From positions 852 through 64,851 of the forward strand of contig CAITYL010000021.1 of NCBI GenBank assembly GCA_903896595.1: a stretch of DNA of 64,000 bases. Direction: 5' to 3'. This document shows, piece after piece, positions 15,708 through 25,823 of the stretch (position 1 is the stretch's first letter; each line of letters starts with the position of its first letter). The notes beneath the pieces are model-generated. The model did no database searches. It saw only the letters and a program-made list of their open reading frames with translations, and was not told where the DNA came from. Both the position numbers and the translations under genes were made by a program. This stretch comes from an uncultured Lentisphaerota bacterium. Lineage in GTDB: Bacteria > Verrucomicrobiota > Lentisphaeria > Oligosphaerales > CAITYL01.

Positions 15708-17966
15708 ATGCTGAAGTCTCTGTTGCTTTCTGTACTGTTCCTGTCTCTGGCGGCCGGCGCCGCGGAGACGCCCCGGCCGGAGCCCGTCCGCTATCGCGGC
15801 TTCACCGTCGCCACGCTGGACAAGGCGGTTCTGGAAGAGGCGGTGGACCGGTGGCACGCCAACCAGGTCCGCTACATGATGTGCCCGGTGTGGCGGGCGC
15901 CCAATTCCGCCGTCGGCCATTACCAGGCGGCCTGGCGCAAGATGATCGCGGAGTTGCCCGCCGGCCTGGACCATGCCAAAGCGCTGGGGCTGGCGGTGGT
16001 GCTTGATCTGCACCAGTTGCCTGACGACCATCCCCGGACCTATCCGGCCGATCCCAAGCGGGGATGGTGGTATGACGAAGAAAACTTAAAAATGCTGATC
16101 GCGTGCTGGCAGGAGCTGGCCACGATTTGCAAGGACCGGGACCAGGTGATCTGGTTTGATCTTTTGAACGAACCTCTGGAGTGGTCGGTGGTGCACAGCA
16201 CACCGAGCTATCCGCCGACCTGGCCGGCCTGGGCGCAAAAGACGATTGACGCCATCCGCCAGATCGACCGGCGGCATCCCATCGCCATCGAGCCCGGGCC
16301 GGGCATGCTCAATTGGGGCTTCACCGGTTTTCCGCCGTTGAAGGATCCGTACCAGCCGGTGATTTATTCGGTGCATTTGTACCAGCCAGTGACCTACACC
16401 CACCAGGGGGTTAATCACAACCAGATTTTGCCGTGGCCCGGCGATTTTCCCAGTGACGGCGGCGCGTGGGATGCCCGGCGGTTGGAGGGCGAAGTGGCCA
16501 ACGTCGTGGCGTTCCAAAAACAGTATGGTGTCCGCATCTGGGTCGGCGAGTTCAGCGTCGCCCGCTGGGCGCCCAATGGCGCGGCGTATCTGCGGGATTG
16601 CCTGAATATTTTTGAGAAGTACGGCTGGGACTGGAACTATCACGCCCTGCGGGAAGCAGCCGTGTGGTCGCTGGACCAATCCGATGAGGTTGATCTCTAC
16701 GATGCCAAAGGCAAGTATGTGCGTACCGGCCTGGCGGTCCCCAATGCCAATCTTTTTTATGCCCCGTACGGCACGCCCGAAATTGGCAAACCCGCCCCGT
16801 TGCAGGGACTGACCGACCGCGGCAAGGTGGTGAAGGAATATCTGGACCGGAACTTGGCCGTGCCGGCGGCGGACCGCTTGCCGTACTCCGTGAACCGGCT
16901 GTTGGTGGTGGGCGACAGCATCACCCGCCACCCTCCCGCCGAACACCTCAGCTGGAAGCACGACTGGGGGATGGCCGCCAGCAGCGCCGCCAACGACTTT
17001 GCCCACCGCCTGCAGACGCGCCTCGCCGCGGGGCAGGGCAGGTCCGTGGAGCTGGTGGTGGACGGGGTTGGCGGCGGCACGGTGGCCGGCAAGATCGCCG
17101 CCGCCAAGGATTTGGCCGCCATCCGCGCCGAGGTGGTGGTCATTCAACTGGGGGAAAATGACCGGGTGCCGGAGGAGGTTTTCCGGCAGCAGTACGCCGC
17201 GCTGGTGGAACTGCTGCGCCAGGCCAATCCCGGCGCGCACCTGGTCTGCACCGGCGTGTGGAGCCCGCCCAACGGCCAGTCCGGCCGGAATGACACCATC
17301 CGCGATGTCTGCCGCCAATATGGCGTGCCGTTTGCCGACCTCACCGCCGCCGGCGCCGACCGCAACAACATGGCCGGCGTTTCCGGCCAGTGGGCGCATC
17401 CCGGGGTTGGCTGGCATCCCGGCGACTCCGGCATGGCCGCGTACGCCGATGCCATCTTCGGCGCCCTGCGGGCCGGGGACCGGGCCATTCCCGCCGTGAG
17501 TGCCGCAGCCGCCGCCGGCACCGGTCCGGTCGCCGGAGTGCTGTTTCAGGAGGCGTTTACCGATCCGGCCGCCGCCGGGTTGTTCATTCCCGCGGGACTT
17601 GGGGTGCGTGAGGCCACCGCAACCGGGTTCGCCCTCCGCGTCAATGCCGTGAAAGACGCGACCCTGGTCCGCCGGGCGCTGCCGGTGGCGGCGCTGAAAG
17701 GGCACAAGGTTCTCTTCACCGCCCGGGTCAAAACCCAGGGCCTGGCGGCCGGCAACCGGGTGGTGGTGCGGCTGGAGTTGCTCAATGCCGAAGGCGTCCG
17801 GGAACAACTGACGGCGGCGGTACCGTCGGGCACGGGTGGCTGGACGGAGATCCGGCTGCCGGCCTTCATTCCCGGCAACACCGTGACGGCGGATCTGGTC
17901 CTGGGACTGGCGGCCGCGCCGGGCACCGCCTGGTTCAGCGATCTCCGCCTGGTGGCGGCGCCGTAG
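15708..17966 (+). CDS. secreted bifunctional GH5-type glycoside hydrolase / SGNH (GDSL) esterase with a C-terminal beta-sandwich
   Basis: Signal peptide MLKSLLLSVLFLSLAAGAAE. FDLLNEP (acid/base) and IWVGEFS (nucleophile) fit clan GH-A/GH5. Second domain has LLVVGDSITRH and VVIQLGENDR SGNH blocks. Confidence 0.8.
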   Translation: MLKSLLLSVLFLSLAAGAAETPRPEPVRYRGFTVATLDKAVLEEAVDRWHANQVRYMMCPVWRAPNSAVGHYQAAWRKMIAELPAGLDHAKALGLAVVLDLHQLPDDHPRTYPADPKRGWWYDEENLKMLIACWQELATICKDRDQVIWFDLLNEPLEWSVVHSTPSYPPTWPAWAQKTIDAIRQIDRRHPIAIEPGPGMLNWGFTGFPPLKDPYQPVIYSVHLYQPVTYTHQGVNHNQILPWPGDFPSDGGAWDARRLEGEVANVVAFQKQYGVRIWVGEFSVARWAPNGAAYLRDCLNIFEKYGWDWNYHALREAAVWSLDQSDEVDLYDAKGKYVRTGLAVPNANLFYAPYGTPEIGKPAPLQGLTDRGKVVKEYLDRNLAVPAADRLPYSVNRLLVVGDSITRHPPAEHLSWKHDWGMAASSAANDFAHRLQTRLAAGQGRSVELVVDGVGGGTVAGKIAAAKDLAAIRAEVVVIQLGENDRVPEEVFRQQYAALVELLRQANPGAHLVCTGVWSPPNGQSGRNDTIRDVCRQYGVPFADLTAAGADRNNMAGVSGQWAHPGVGWHPGDSGMAAYADAIFGALRAGDRAIPAVSAAAAAGTGPVAGVLFQEAFTDPAAAGLFIPAGLGVREATATGFALRVNAVKDATLVRRALPVAALKGHKVLFTARVKTQGLAAGNRVVVRLELLNAEGVREQLTAAVPSGTGGWTEIRLPAFIPGNTVTADLVLGLAAAPGTAWFSDLRLVAAP

Positions 17967-18078
17967 CCAAGTCTCCGCCGCTTGATATCCGGTGCCCGGC
18001 AGAATAGATTCACACATCTGTGCAGCCTTTTGGGGATTGGGAGTTTTTGATGTTTACATCGTAGAGACGGGGAATGGC

Positions 18079-19110
18079 ATGCCAAATTTCAGGCGGGTTC
18101 TTTATCTGGTTCTCGGTCTGGCCTGCGTTAGCGCCGGAGTGATCGGCATTTTTCTTCCGGTGTGGCCGACCACGCCGTTTTTGCTGGCCGCGGCGCTCCT
18201 TTTTGCCAAGAGTTCGCCACGTCTCTATTTCTGGATGACCCGCAATCAATATCTGGGCAGTTTTGTCCGCAATTATCGTGAGCAGTGCGGGGTTCCCAGA
18301 GTGATTGTGTACCGGGCGCTGGGATTTCTGTGGCTGACGCTCGGCGTTTCCATGTTTTTCACCGGACTTGCCTGGGTGAGAATTTTGTTGGCGGTTATCG
18401 GCCTTGGCGTCTCGATTCATCTGCTTTGCCTGAAAAAGGCCACCCGTTCCCCTGGCCGGTTCACCCTGATTGAGCTGCTGGTTTCACTCGGGATCATGGC
18501 CCTGCTGGCATCCCTTTTGCTGCCCGCGCTGAACCGGGCCAGGATCGCGGCGCAACGGAGCGTATGCAGTAACAACTTGCGGCAGATCGGGTACGCGATC
18601 CACCTGTATGCCGACGACCATCACGATTTTATCCCCGCGCTGGCCCCCGGTTTTTCTGGCAGCGTCATGATGCTGCGAATGCCCGGTCTCGGCCCGCTTG
18701 GTTTGGGGCGGCTGGTTGGGGAGTATGGAACCGTGCCGAAAAATTACGGCTGTCCCCTGAGCCCGAGCCGCACCCCCGGTTATCTGACCGGGAAATGGAG
18801 CGGCGCCGGTCCGGTGCAGGCGGCTTACTTGTTCCGCTCCACCGATGCCGGATTGGCGGAACAGCTTTCCGCCCTGGGAAATCAGGCAAAAGCGCTGGTG
18901 ATGGATTTTTGCTGTGTGGTGGAAGGCGGTTCCCCGATTGTGGCGCACGATTACGCGGATGTCAATATCCTCTATACGGACGGCGCGATTAAAAACCGGA
19001 AAAACGCGCCGGCCCCCGGGACACTTTACACGGTTGCCGCGCCGGCGGCGATGTCCGGCAGTACCATCCCGGAATGCGCAGCGGTTTGGCGCCATGCCGA
19101 CCTGCCATGA
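18079..19110 (+). CDS. fusion protein: DUF454/YbaN-like inner-membrane domain plus prepilin-type methylation motif plus H-X10-DG domain
   Basis: N-terminal ~120 aa [42 protein letters not shown] matches the YbaN/DUF454 pattern. An internal [26 protein letters not shown] starts at nt 18460. C-terminus [13 protein letters not shown]. No stop or ATG lies between the two parts. Confidence 0.7.
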   Translation: MPNFRRVLYLVLGLACVSAGVIGIFLPVWPTTPFLLAAALLFAKSSPRLYFWMTRNQYLGSFVRNYREQCGVPRVIVYRALGFLWLTLGVSMFFTGLAWVRILLAVIGLGVSIHLLCLKKATRSPGRFTLIELLVSLGIMALLASLLLPALNRARIAAQRSVCSNNLRQIGYAIHLYADDHHDFIPALAPGFSGSVMMLRMPGLGPLGLGRLVGEYGTVPKNYGCPLSPSRTPGYLTGKWSGAGPVQAAYLFRSTDAGLAEQLSALGNQAKALVMDFCCVVEGGSPIVAHDYADVNILYTDGAIKNRKNAPAPGTLYTVAAPAAMSGSTIPECAAVWRHADLP

Positions 19111-19143
19111 GCCCCCGTTTTTCCCTGTCCGCTCCCGGCTTGA

Positions 19144-21363
<2,220 letters not shown>

Positions 21364-21364
21364 T

Positions 21365-21510
21365 CGTCACGAAGCACGGGGGCATCAGCCCCGGCAGTCG
21401 CACGGGGCCGAGCAGGCCGGCGTCAGGCAGTCCGTTCGGGTTGTCGGCTGCCGGCGGAAAGTGGCCGGCGATGAGGCCGCCGATTTTGCCGATGGCACGG
21501 ATGATGGCTG
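21365..21510 (-). pseudogene. C-terminal remnant of a glycoside-hydrolase jelly-roll domain gene (paralog of 25824..28457)
   Basis: Minus-strand translation AIIRAIGKIGGLIAGHFPPAADNPNGLPDAGLLGPVRL ends like the intact neighbour (DPAGLLGPVRLLG*). A 24-nt run cgcacggggccgagcaggccggcg is identical at 21399-21422 and 25837-25860. The reading frame has no start and loses the stop by a 1-nt difference. It is truncated where AT-rich DNA begins (~21510). Confidence 0.4.
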
Positions 21511-21512
21511 AT

Positions 21513-21563
21513 ATTATGAAATATAGAAGTCTAACTTGATTATTTCATAATTTAAGCTAGCTT
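21513..21563. promoter_or_regulatory. AT-rich palindromes upstream of the DUF4143 ATPase gene
   Basis: Perfect 11-bp inverted repeat ATTATGAAATA (21513-21523) / TATTTCATAAT (21541-21551) with a 17-nt spacer, plus palindrome AAGCTAGCTT (21554-21563) just before the start codon. Confidence 0.35.
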
Positions 21564-21570
21564 GTTTTGC

Positions 21571-22773
21571 ATGGTTAAGCGCGATTGCACATCCGAGCTC
21601 CGTCAAGCCGCCGCCGAATACCCCGTGGTCACGGTCCTGGGCCCCCGGCAGTCCGGAAAAACCACTCTGGTGCGTTCACTGTTCCCGGACAAGCCATACC
21701 GGTCACTGGAAGAACCCGACTGGCGGGCCCTGGCCTTCCATGATCCACGCGGCTTTCTGGCCGATTGCCCGCAGGGGGCGGTCCTGGATGAAATTCAGCG
21801 CGTGCCAGAACTGCTTTCCTATCTCCAAGGCGTCGTGGATGCCAAGCGCCCCCATGGCCGATTTATTCTTACCGGCAGTCACCAACCCGAACTTCACCGG
21901 GCGGTAAGCCAGTCACTCGCCGGCCGCACCGCGCTGTTGACCCTGCTTCCCTTCAGCCTGGGCGAACTTCGTCACTATCGGCCGTCCTGGGACCCGTTCG
22001 AGTTGATGGTCATGGGCGCGTTTCCGCGCCTGCATGAGGAGGGCTTGAAACCCGAGCGCTTTTTCAATGGTTACATCCAGACCTGTCTTGAGCGGGATGT
22101 GCGCTCCCTGATCAACCTTAAAGACCTGCGCCGCTTTCAACAATTCCTGGTGCTACTGGCCGGGCGGGTCGGGCAATTGCTCAATTATACCTCCTTGGCC
22201 AACGATGTTGGCGTCTCTTCCACAACCATCAAGGATTGGATTAGTGTGTTGGTAGCCTCGTTTGTGGTGTTCGAATTGCCGCCTTACCACGAGAACCTCA
22301 CCAAACGCGTCGTCAAGTCACCCAAAATCTATTTCACGGATACCGGTTTGGCGGCGCACCTGGTGGGCATTCGCAATGCGGAACAGGCGGCACGCGACCC
22401 GTTGCGCGGCAGCCTGTACGAAAATCTGCTCATTGCCGACCTACTCAAACGGCGCCTGAATCAGGGGCGGACGCCCGATCTTTTCTTCTACCGCGACACC
22501 AATGGCAACGAAGTTGACCTGATCGTCCGGGAAGGCCGTTCCCTGATTCCCATCGAGATCAAGTCCGGCGCCACCTTCAATGACGAATTCTATAAAGGCA
22601 TTGCCCGTTTCCGCGTCACTGCCGGCGACCGTGTCCTGCCTGGCGCCATCCTCTACAACGGCACGCAGCGATTCTCGTTCCATGACACCCTGGTGACCAA
22701 TCTGCTGCGGTTTCCCGGTGACGACGTCTCCGCCATGACGTCCCCCAAGGCGCTGCCAGCGCCCCGAAATTGA
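21571..22773 (+). CDS. AAA-family ATPase (AAA_14-like) with C-terminal DUF4143 / PD-(D/E)xK-like domain
   Basis: Walker A GPRQSGKTT, Walker B-like RFILTGS. C-terminus NEVDLIV...IPIEIKS looks like a D...E-x-K nuclease fold. ATG at 21571 preferred over TTG at 21562. Confidence 0.8.
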   Translation: MVKRDCTSELRQAAAEYPVVTVLGPRQSGKTTLVRSLFPDKPYRSLEEPDWRALAFHDPRGFLADCPQGAVLDEIQRVPELLSYLQGVVDAKRPHGRFILTGSHQPELHRAVSQSLAGRTALLTLLPFSLGELRHYRPSWDPFELMVMGAFPRLHEEGLKPERFFNGYIQTCLERDVRSLINLKDLRRFQQFLVLLAGRVGQLLNYTSLANDVGVSSTTIKDWISVLVASFVVFELPPYHENLTKRVVKSPKIYFTDTGLAAHLVGIRNAEQAARDPLRGSLYENLLIADLLKRRLNQGRTPDLFFYRDTNGNEVDLIVREGRSLIPIEIKSGATFNDEFYKGIARFRVTAGDRVLPGAILYNGTQRFSFHDTLVTNLLRFPGDDVSAMTSPKALPAPRN

Positions 22774-22780
22774 CACACCG

Positions 22781-24415
22781 TCAGTATCCGGTGTGCGGAG
22801 CAAGTTTCTCCGCCGCCGGGCCAAGCAGGGGATGGCCGGCATAGCGGTCCGGGCGCGGATGTGGCGGCGCCAGGGCGGCCTGTTGGTGCAGCATCTGCAC
22901 ATATTGCGCCGCCTGTTCGGGCCACGGGGCCTCGTCGTGTGGAATGAGAGCGGTTTTCTCCTCTAGGAAAGCCGCGGCAAGCCGGACATCGGCGATGCCG
23001 TCCCGTTTTTTCTCCAGATCCAGCATGCGATTGACCAGGATCATGTAGTAGCAAAACTCGGTTTGGGGCGTGGCGGCCAGCAGTTGCTCCATTTCCAGCA
23101 AGGCATGGTCAAGCCCGATGGCGGCCATCAGCGAGGCGCGGGCATAACGGAGGTTGAAATAGATCGCGGCCTTCTCCGGCGTTGCCCGCAGGATCTCGTT
23201 GATCAACAGGAGAAGCTCGGCATCGGCGTCTTTCGCCTCCATGGTCATGGCAATGGACACCACTTGGGCCAGCCACTGTTTTCGTGACCGGCTGCCGTGG
23301 AAAATTTCTTGGCAACCATCCCCGTCCTCGCTCTCGCGCTCCAGGAGGCGGTTCCAGAAGTAATGCCAGCACTGACAGGCCCGGCTGTACTGTTTTTGGT
23401 CGGCGTGCGCGAAACCGGCGCGGCACCATTGGTCCAGTTCCCGGTCACCTTCCGGGACAGGCGTGCCGTCGTACGCCAGCGGCGTCCGGGCCTTCTGTTC
23501 GACGGCGTCCAGGCAGCACTTCTTGTATTTCTTCCCGCTGCCGCAGGGGCACGGGTCGTTGCGGCCGACGACATGCAGGCGGCCGGTTTGCGTGCCGCCA
23601 TCGCTGAGGATCGCCAACAACCCCTGGGGCGGCTGGCGCAGGGACACGTCATCCTCCGGGTCGGAGCCGCCGCAGGCAAGCGTGTCCGCCAAGCCATCCT
23701 CGTAAGACGCCATTTCCCCGCCGTTCAAGAACGTCCACTGATCGTCCGGGGAGCCGATATGCAGGTCGCATATCACGTCTTCGTGGAGCGTGACCAGGGG
23801 GATCGCCGATGCCTTGCTCTCCGCGTAGAGGCGGCGGATGAACGGTTCCGCGGCGGCCAAACCGAGGTCGCGGCAAAACCCGATCACGAGATCCCATAGC
23901 ATGACCGGCTCGCGTTCCAGCCCGCCGTCAAGCAAGTGGATCAGGAACCGCCCAAACTCATCGCGCGGCCATTCCCGTGCATGCGCCAGGCGTGCCAACG
24001 CCTCCAAGGCGCATTCTCGTACCGAGTCCTCCAGCCGTTGGTCTTTCACCATGTCCTGAAGCTCGGTGAACCGGCCGTGGCATGTTTTGGCCAGGAAGTG
24101 ATCCATGATTTCCAAATCATAAAAATCAAGGACGGCCTGGCGCGCCACCGGCGGGAGGCGGCAAAGGGCGACATAGCGGGGGAAGGCGTCGCGGGAGCGC
24201 TGCTCGGCGCAGAGCGCCAACGCGACATTCATGCGTTCGTCCATCTCGGGACGGAACGGGTCGCGGATGTTTTTGTCCATCTCTTCCAGCAGCACAGGCT
24301 CCGCCATCGGCCAATTTGCCCGCACCCAGGCGAGCGCCTCTTCGGGCACCCGCCGCACGGGCGACTGCCCCAGTTCCGCCATCGCCAATTCCATGGTCAT
24401 TTCCGGCACAGTCAT
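22781..24415 (-). CDS. SEC-C metal-binding motif protein (DUF1186-like N-terminal region)
   Basis: [18 protein letters not shown] is a SEC-C zinc motif in the middle of a helical-repeat protein. The ORF-track start at 24433 is GTG. The first ATG is at 24415. Confidence 0.75.
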   Translation of the reverse strand: MTVPEMTMELAMAELGQSPVRRVPEEALAWVRANWPMAEPVLLEEMDKNIRDPFRPEMDERMNVALALCAEQRSRDAFPRYVALCRLPPVARQAVLDFYDLEIMDHFLAKTCHGRFTELQDMVKDQRLEDSVRECALEALARLAHAREWPRDEFGRFLIHLLDGGLEREPVMLWDLVIGFCRDLGLAAAEPFIRRLYAESKASAIPLVTLHEDVICDLHIGSPDDQWTFLNGGEMASYEDGLADTLACGGSDPEDDVSLRQPPQGLLAILSDGGTQTGRLHVVGRNDPCPCGSGKKYKKCCLDAVEQKARTPLAYDGTPVPEGDRELDQWCRAGFAHADQKQYSRACQCWHYFWNRLLERESEDGDGCQEIFHGSRSRKQWLAQVVSIAMTMEAKDADAELLLLINEILRATPEKAAIYFNLRYARASLMAAIGLDHALLEMEQLLAATPQTEFCYYMILVNRMLDLEKKRDGIADVRLAAAFLEEKTALIPHDEAPWPEQAAQYVQMLHQQAALAPPHPRPDRYAGHPLLGPAAEKLAPHTGY

Positions 24416-24525
24416 CTCCTTTTGATCAATCACGGGCCTAAAATCCCCCCAAAGTTCCGTTTTTCAACCCGGCGAAGCGAGCCGCCAGCGCCAGGCATGG
24501 CTGGGAGCGCTTGGCTGGGTGGTAA

Positions 24526-25290
24526 ATGAAGTCAACCTCGCGCCCGTTCAAGGAAGGCGTTTTTCTTGACGGCGTGGAGGCGGGAGCCCCGCGCATCGGG
24601 ATTGGGCGCTGGAATGCCCGCGGCGGCAGGGGCCGGTACGGAGACGATGACGAGCTTGACGGTGAGTCTGACGCCGCTTATACCGATGCCGATACGTGCC
24701 TGAAAAAACTAACCGGTGTGTTAACCACGCATCCAGCGCAGGCTTGCGCCATCCGCTTCTTGTGCGAGGAGGCGCTGCTGGTGATGGACAAGCAGGTGAA
24801 TGAGGACTGCGGCTCCGAGAATGTCCATGCACGGGTGGAATCGTTGACGGCATTGCATGTGGCGGCGGCACGACAGGAGAATCCGGAGCCATTAGCCTTC
24901 GCCGCCAAGCTGTTGGATCTTGATTTGACATCTCCGGCCACCGCTTTTGGCTCCTCCCGAAAAACCTATGGCCGTATTTTGGGTAAACCGGGCCTTGCGG
25001 AATACATCAGGCTTGCCCGAGCGAAATGGGCGGCGTTGTCGGACAAGCAGAAAAGGGAAGACTGGCAGCTGAAACGGCTGGTATTGGAACTCGCCGAAGA
25101 TGAACAGAATTTGGATGCGGTCGTGGCCATCAAATCCGCCAAACTTGAAAACTTGTTCGATTATGAAGCATTGGCGAAAAGCTCGCGTTTCCGTTTGTGG
25201 CTAAGGTTCTGCTTCAACTCGGCAACATGGTCGAACACGCCGCCCAGCTTATTGTTGTTTGCCGTTTTTAAAACTATGGTACAGCCATGA
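24526..25290 (+). CDS. hypothetical protein, possibly a truncated gene remnant
   Basis: 254-aa ORF with a helical middle part (KWAALSDKQKREDWQLKRLVLELAEDEQNLDAVVAIKSAKLENLF). The N-terminus is Gly/Arg/Asp-rich and non-protein-like. The C-terminal 35 aa (SRFRLWLRFCFNSATWSNTPPSLLLFAVFKTMVQP) look scrambled. Confidence 0.35.
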   Translation: MKSTSRPFKEGVFLDGVEAGAPRIGIGRWNARGGRGRYGDDDELDGESDAAYTDADTCLKKLTGVLTTHPAQACAIRFLCEEALLVMDKQVNEDCGSENVHARVESLTALHVAAARQENPEPLAFAAKLLDLDLTSPATAFGSSRKTYGRILGKPGLAEYIRLARAKWAALSDKQKREDWQLKRLVLELAEDEQNLDAVVAIKSAKLENLFDYEALAKSSRFRLWLRFCFNSATWSNTPPSLLLFAVFKTMVQP

Positions 25291-25514
25291 CGACGATTGC
25301 CGCACAATTCATGGAAACTGCCCTGCATCTGCCCCAGGCCGAGCGTGCCCTGCTCGCCGAGCGCCTGCTGGCAAGTCTCGACACCGACGACTTCGCGCTG
25401 TCCCCCGAGTGGCAGACGGAAATCGCCCGGCGCGTCGCCGAAATCGAACGCGGCGAGGCCAAGCTCATCCCCGCCGAGGACGTGTTCCGCAATGCCTTCG
25501 CGGCGCTCTCATGA
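25287..25514 (+). CDS. type II antitoxin, putative addiction module component family
   Basis: 75 aa. LPQAERALLAERLLASLD...LSPEWQTEIARRVAEIERGEAKLIPAEDVF matches the short helical addiction-module-component pattern. It overlaps the toxin start by ATGA. Confidence 0.8.
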   Translation: MTTIAAQFMETALHLPQAERALLAERLLASLDTDDFALSPEWQTEIARRVAEIERGEAKLIPAEDVFRNAFAALS

Positions 25515-25819
25515 AACCCGTCCGCTTTTACGCCGAAGCCGAAGATGAGTTGCGCTGTGCCGCCGTCTTCTATGAACGCCAGCAAGCCGGACTGGGAAAA
25601 CGCTTTCTGGATGCTGCCTTTGCTGCCGTTTACCGGATGCGCCTCTTCCCCGGCGCCTCGCCGTCATCCGTCGAAGGTTGCCGCCAAGTTCGGGTGGAAC
25701 GTTTCCCGCTCGGCATCGTGTTTCGCGAGCGCCCGGACGAAATCGCGGTCGTGGCCGTCATCCACTTCAAGCGCCGCCCCGGCTATTGGCGCACACGGAC
25801 GGGGACAGGTAACCGGTGA
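25511..25819 (+). CDS. RelE/ParE family toxin
   Basis: MKPVRFYAEAEDELRCAAVFYERQQAGLGKRFLDAAFAAVYRMRLFPGASP...FPLGIVFRERPDEIAVVAVIHFKRRPGYW is a typical ParE-like toxin. ATGA overlap with the antitoxin. Confidence 0.8.
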   Translation: MKPVRFYAEAEDELRCAAVFYERQQAGLGKRFLDAAFAAVYRMRLFPGASPSSVEGCRQVRVERFPLGIVFRERPDEIAVVAVIHFKRRPGYWRTRTGTGNR

Positions 25820-25823
25820 TGTT

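Noticed and set aside
21399-21422. The 24-nt identity with 25837-25860 as an attL/attR pair
   Set aside because: The stretch encodes the conserved AGLLGPVR motif of two paralogous hydrolase C-termini, so paralogy explains it without site-specific recombination. No integrase is present. It is reported only as an islet boundary marker.
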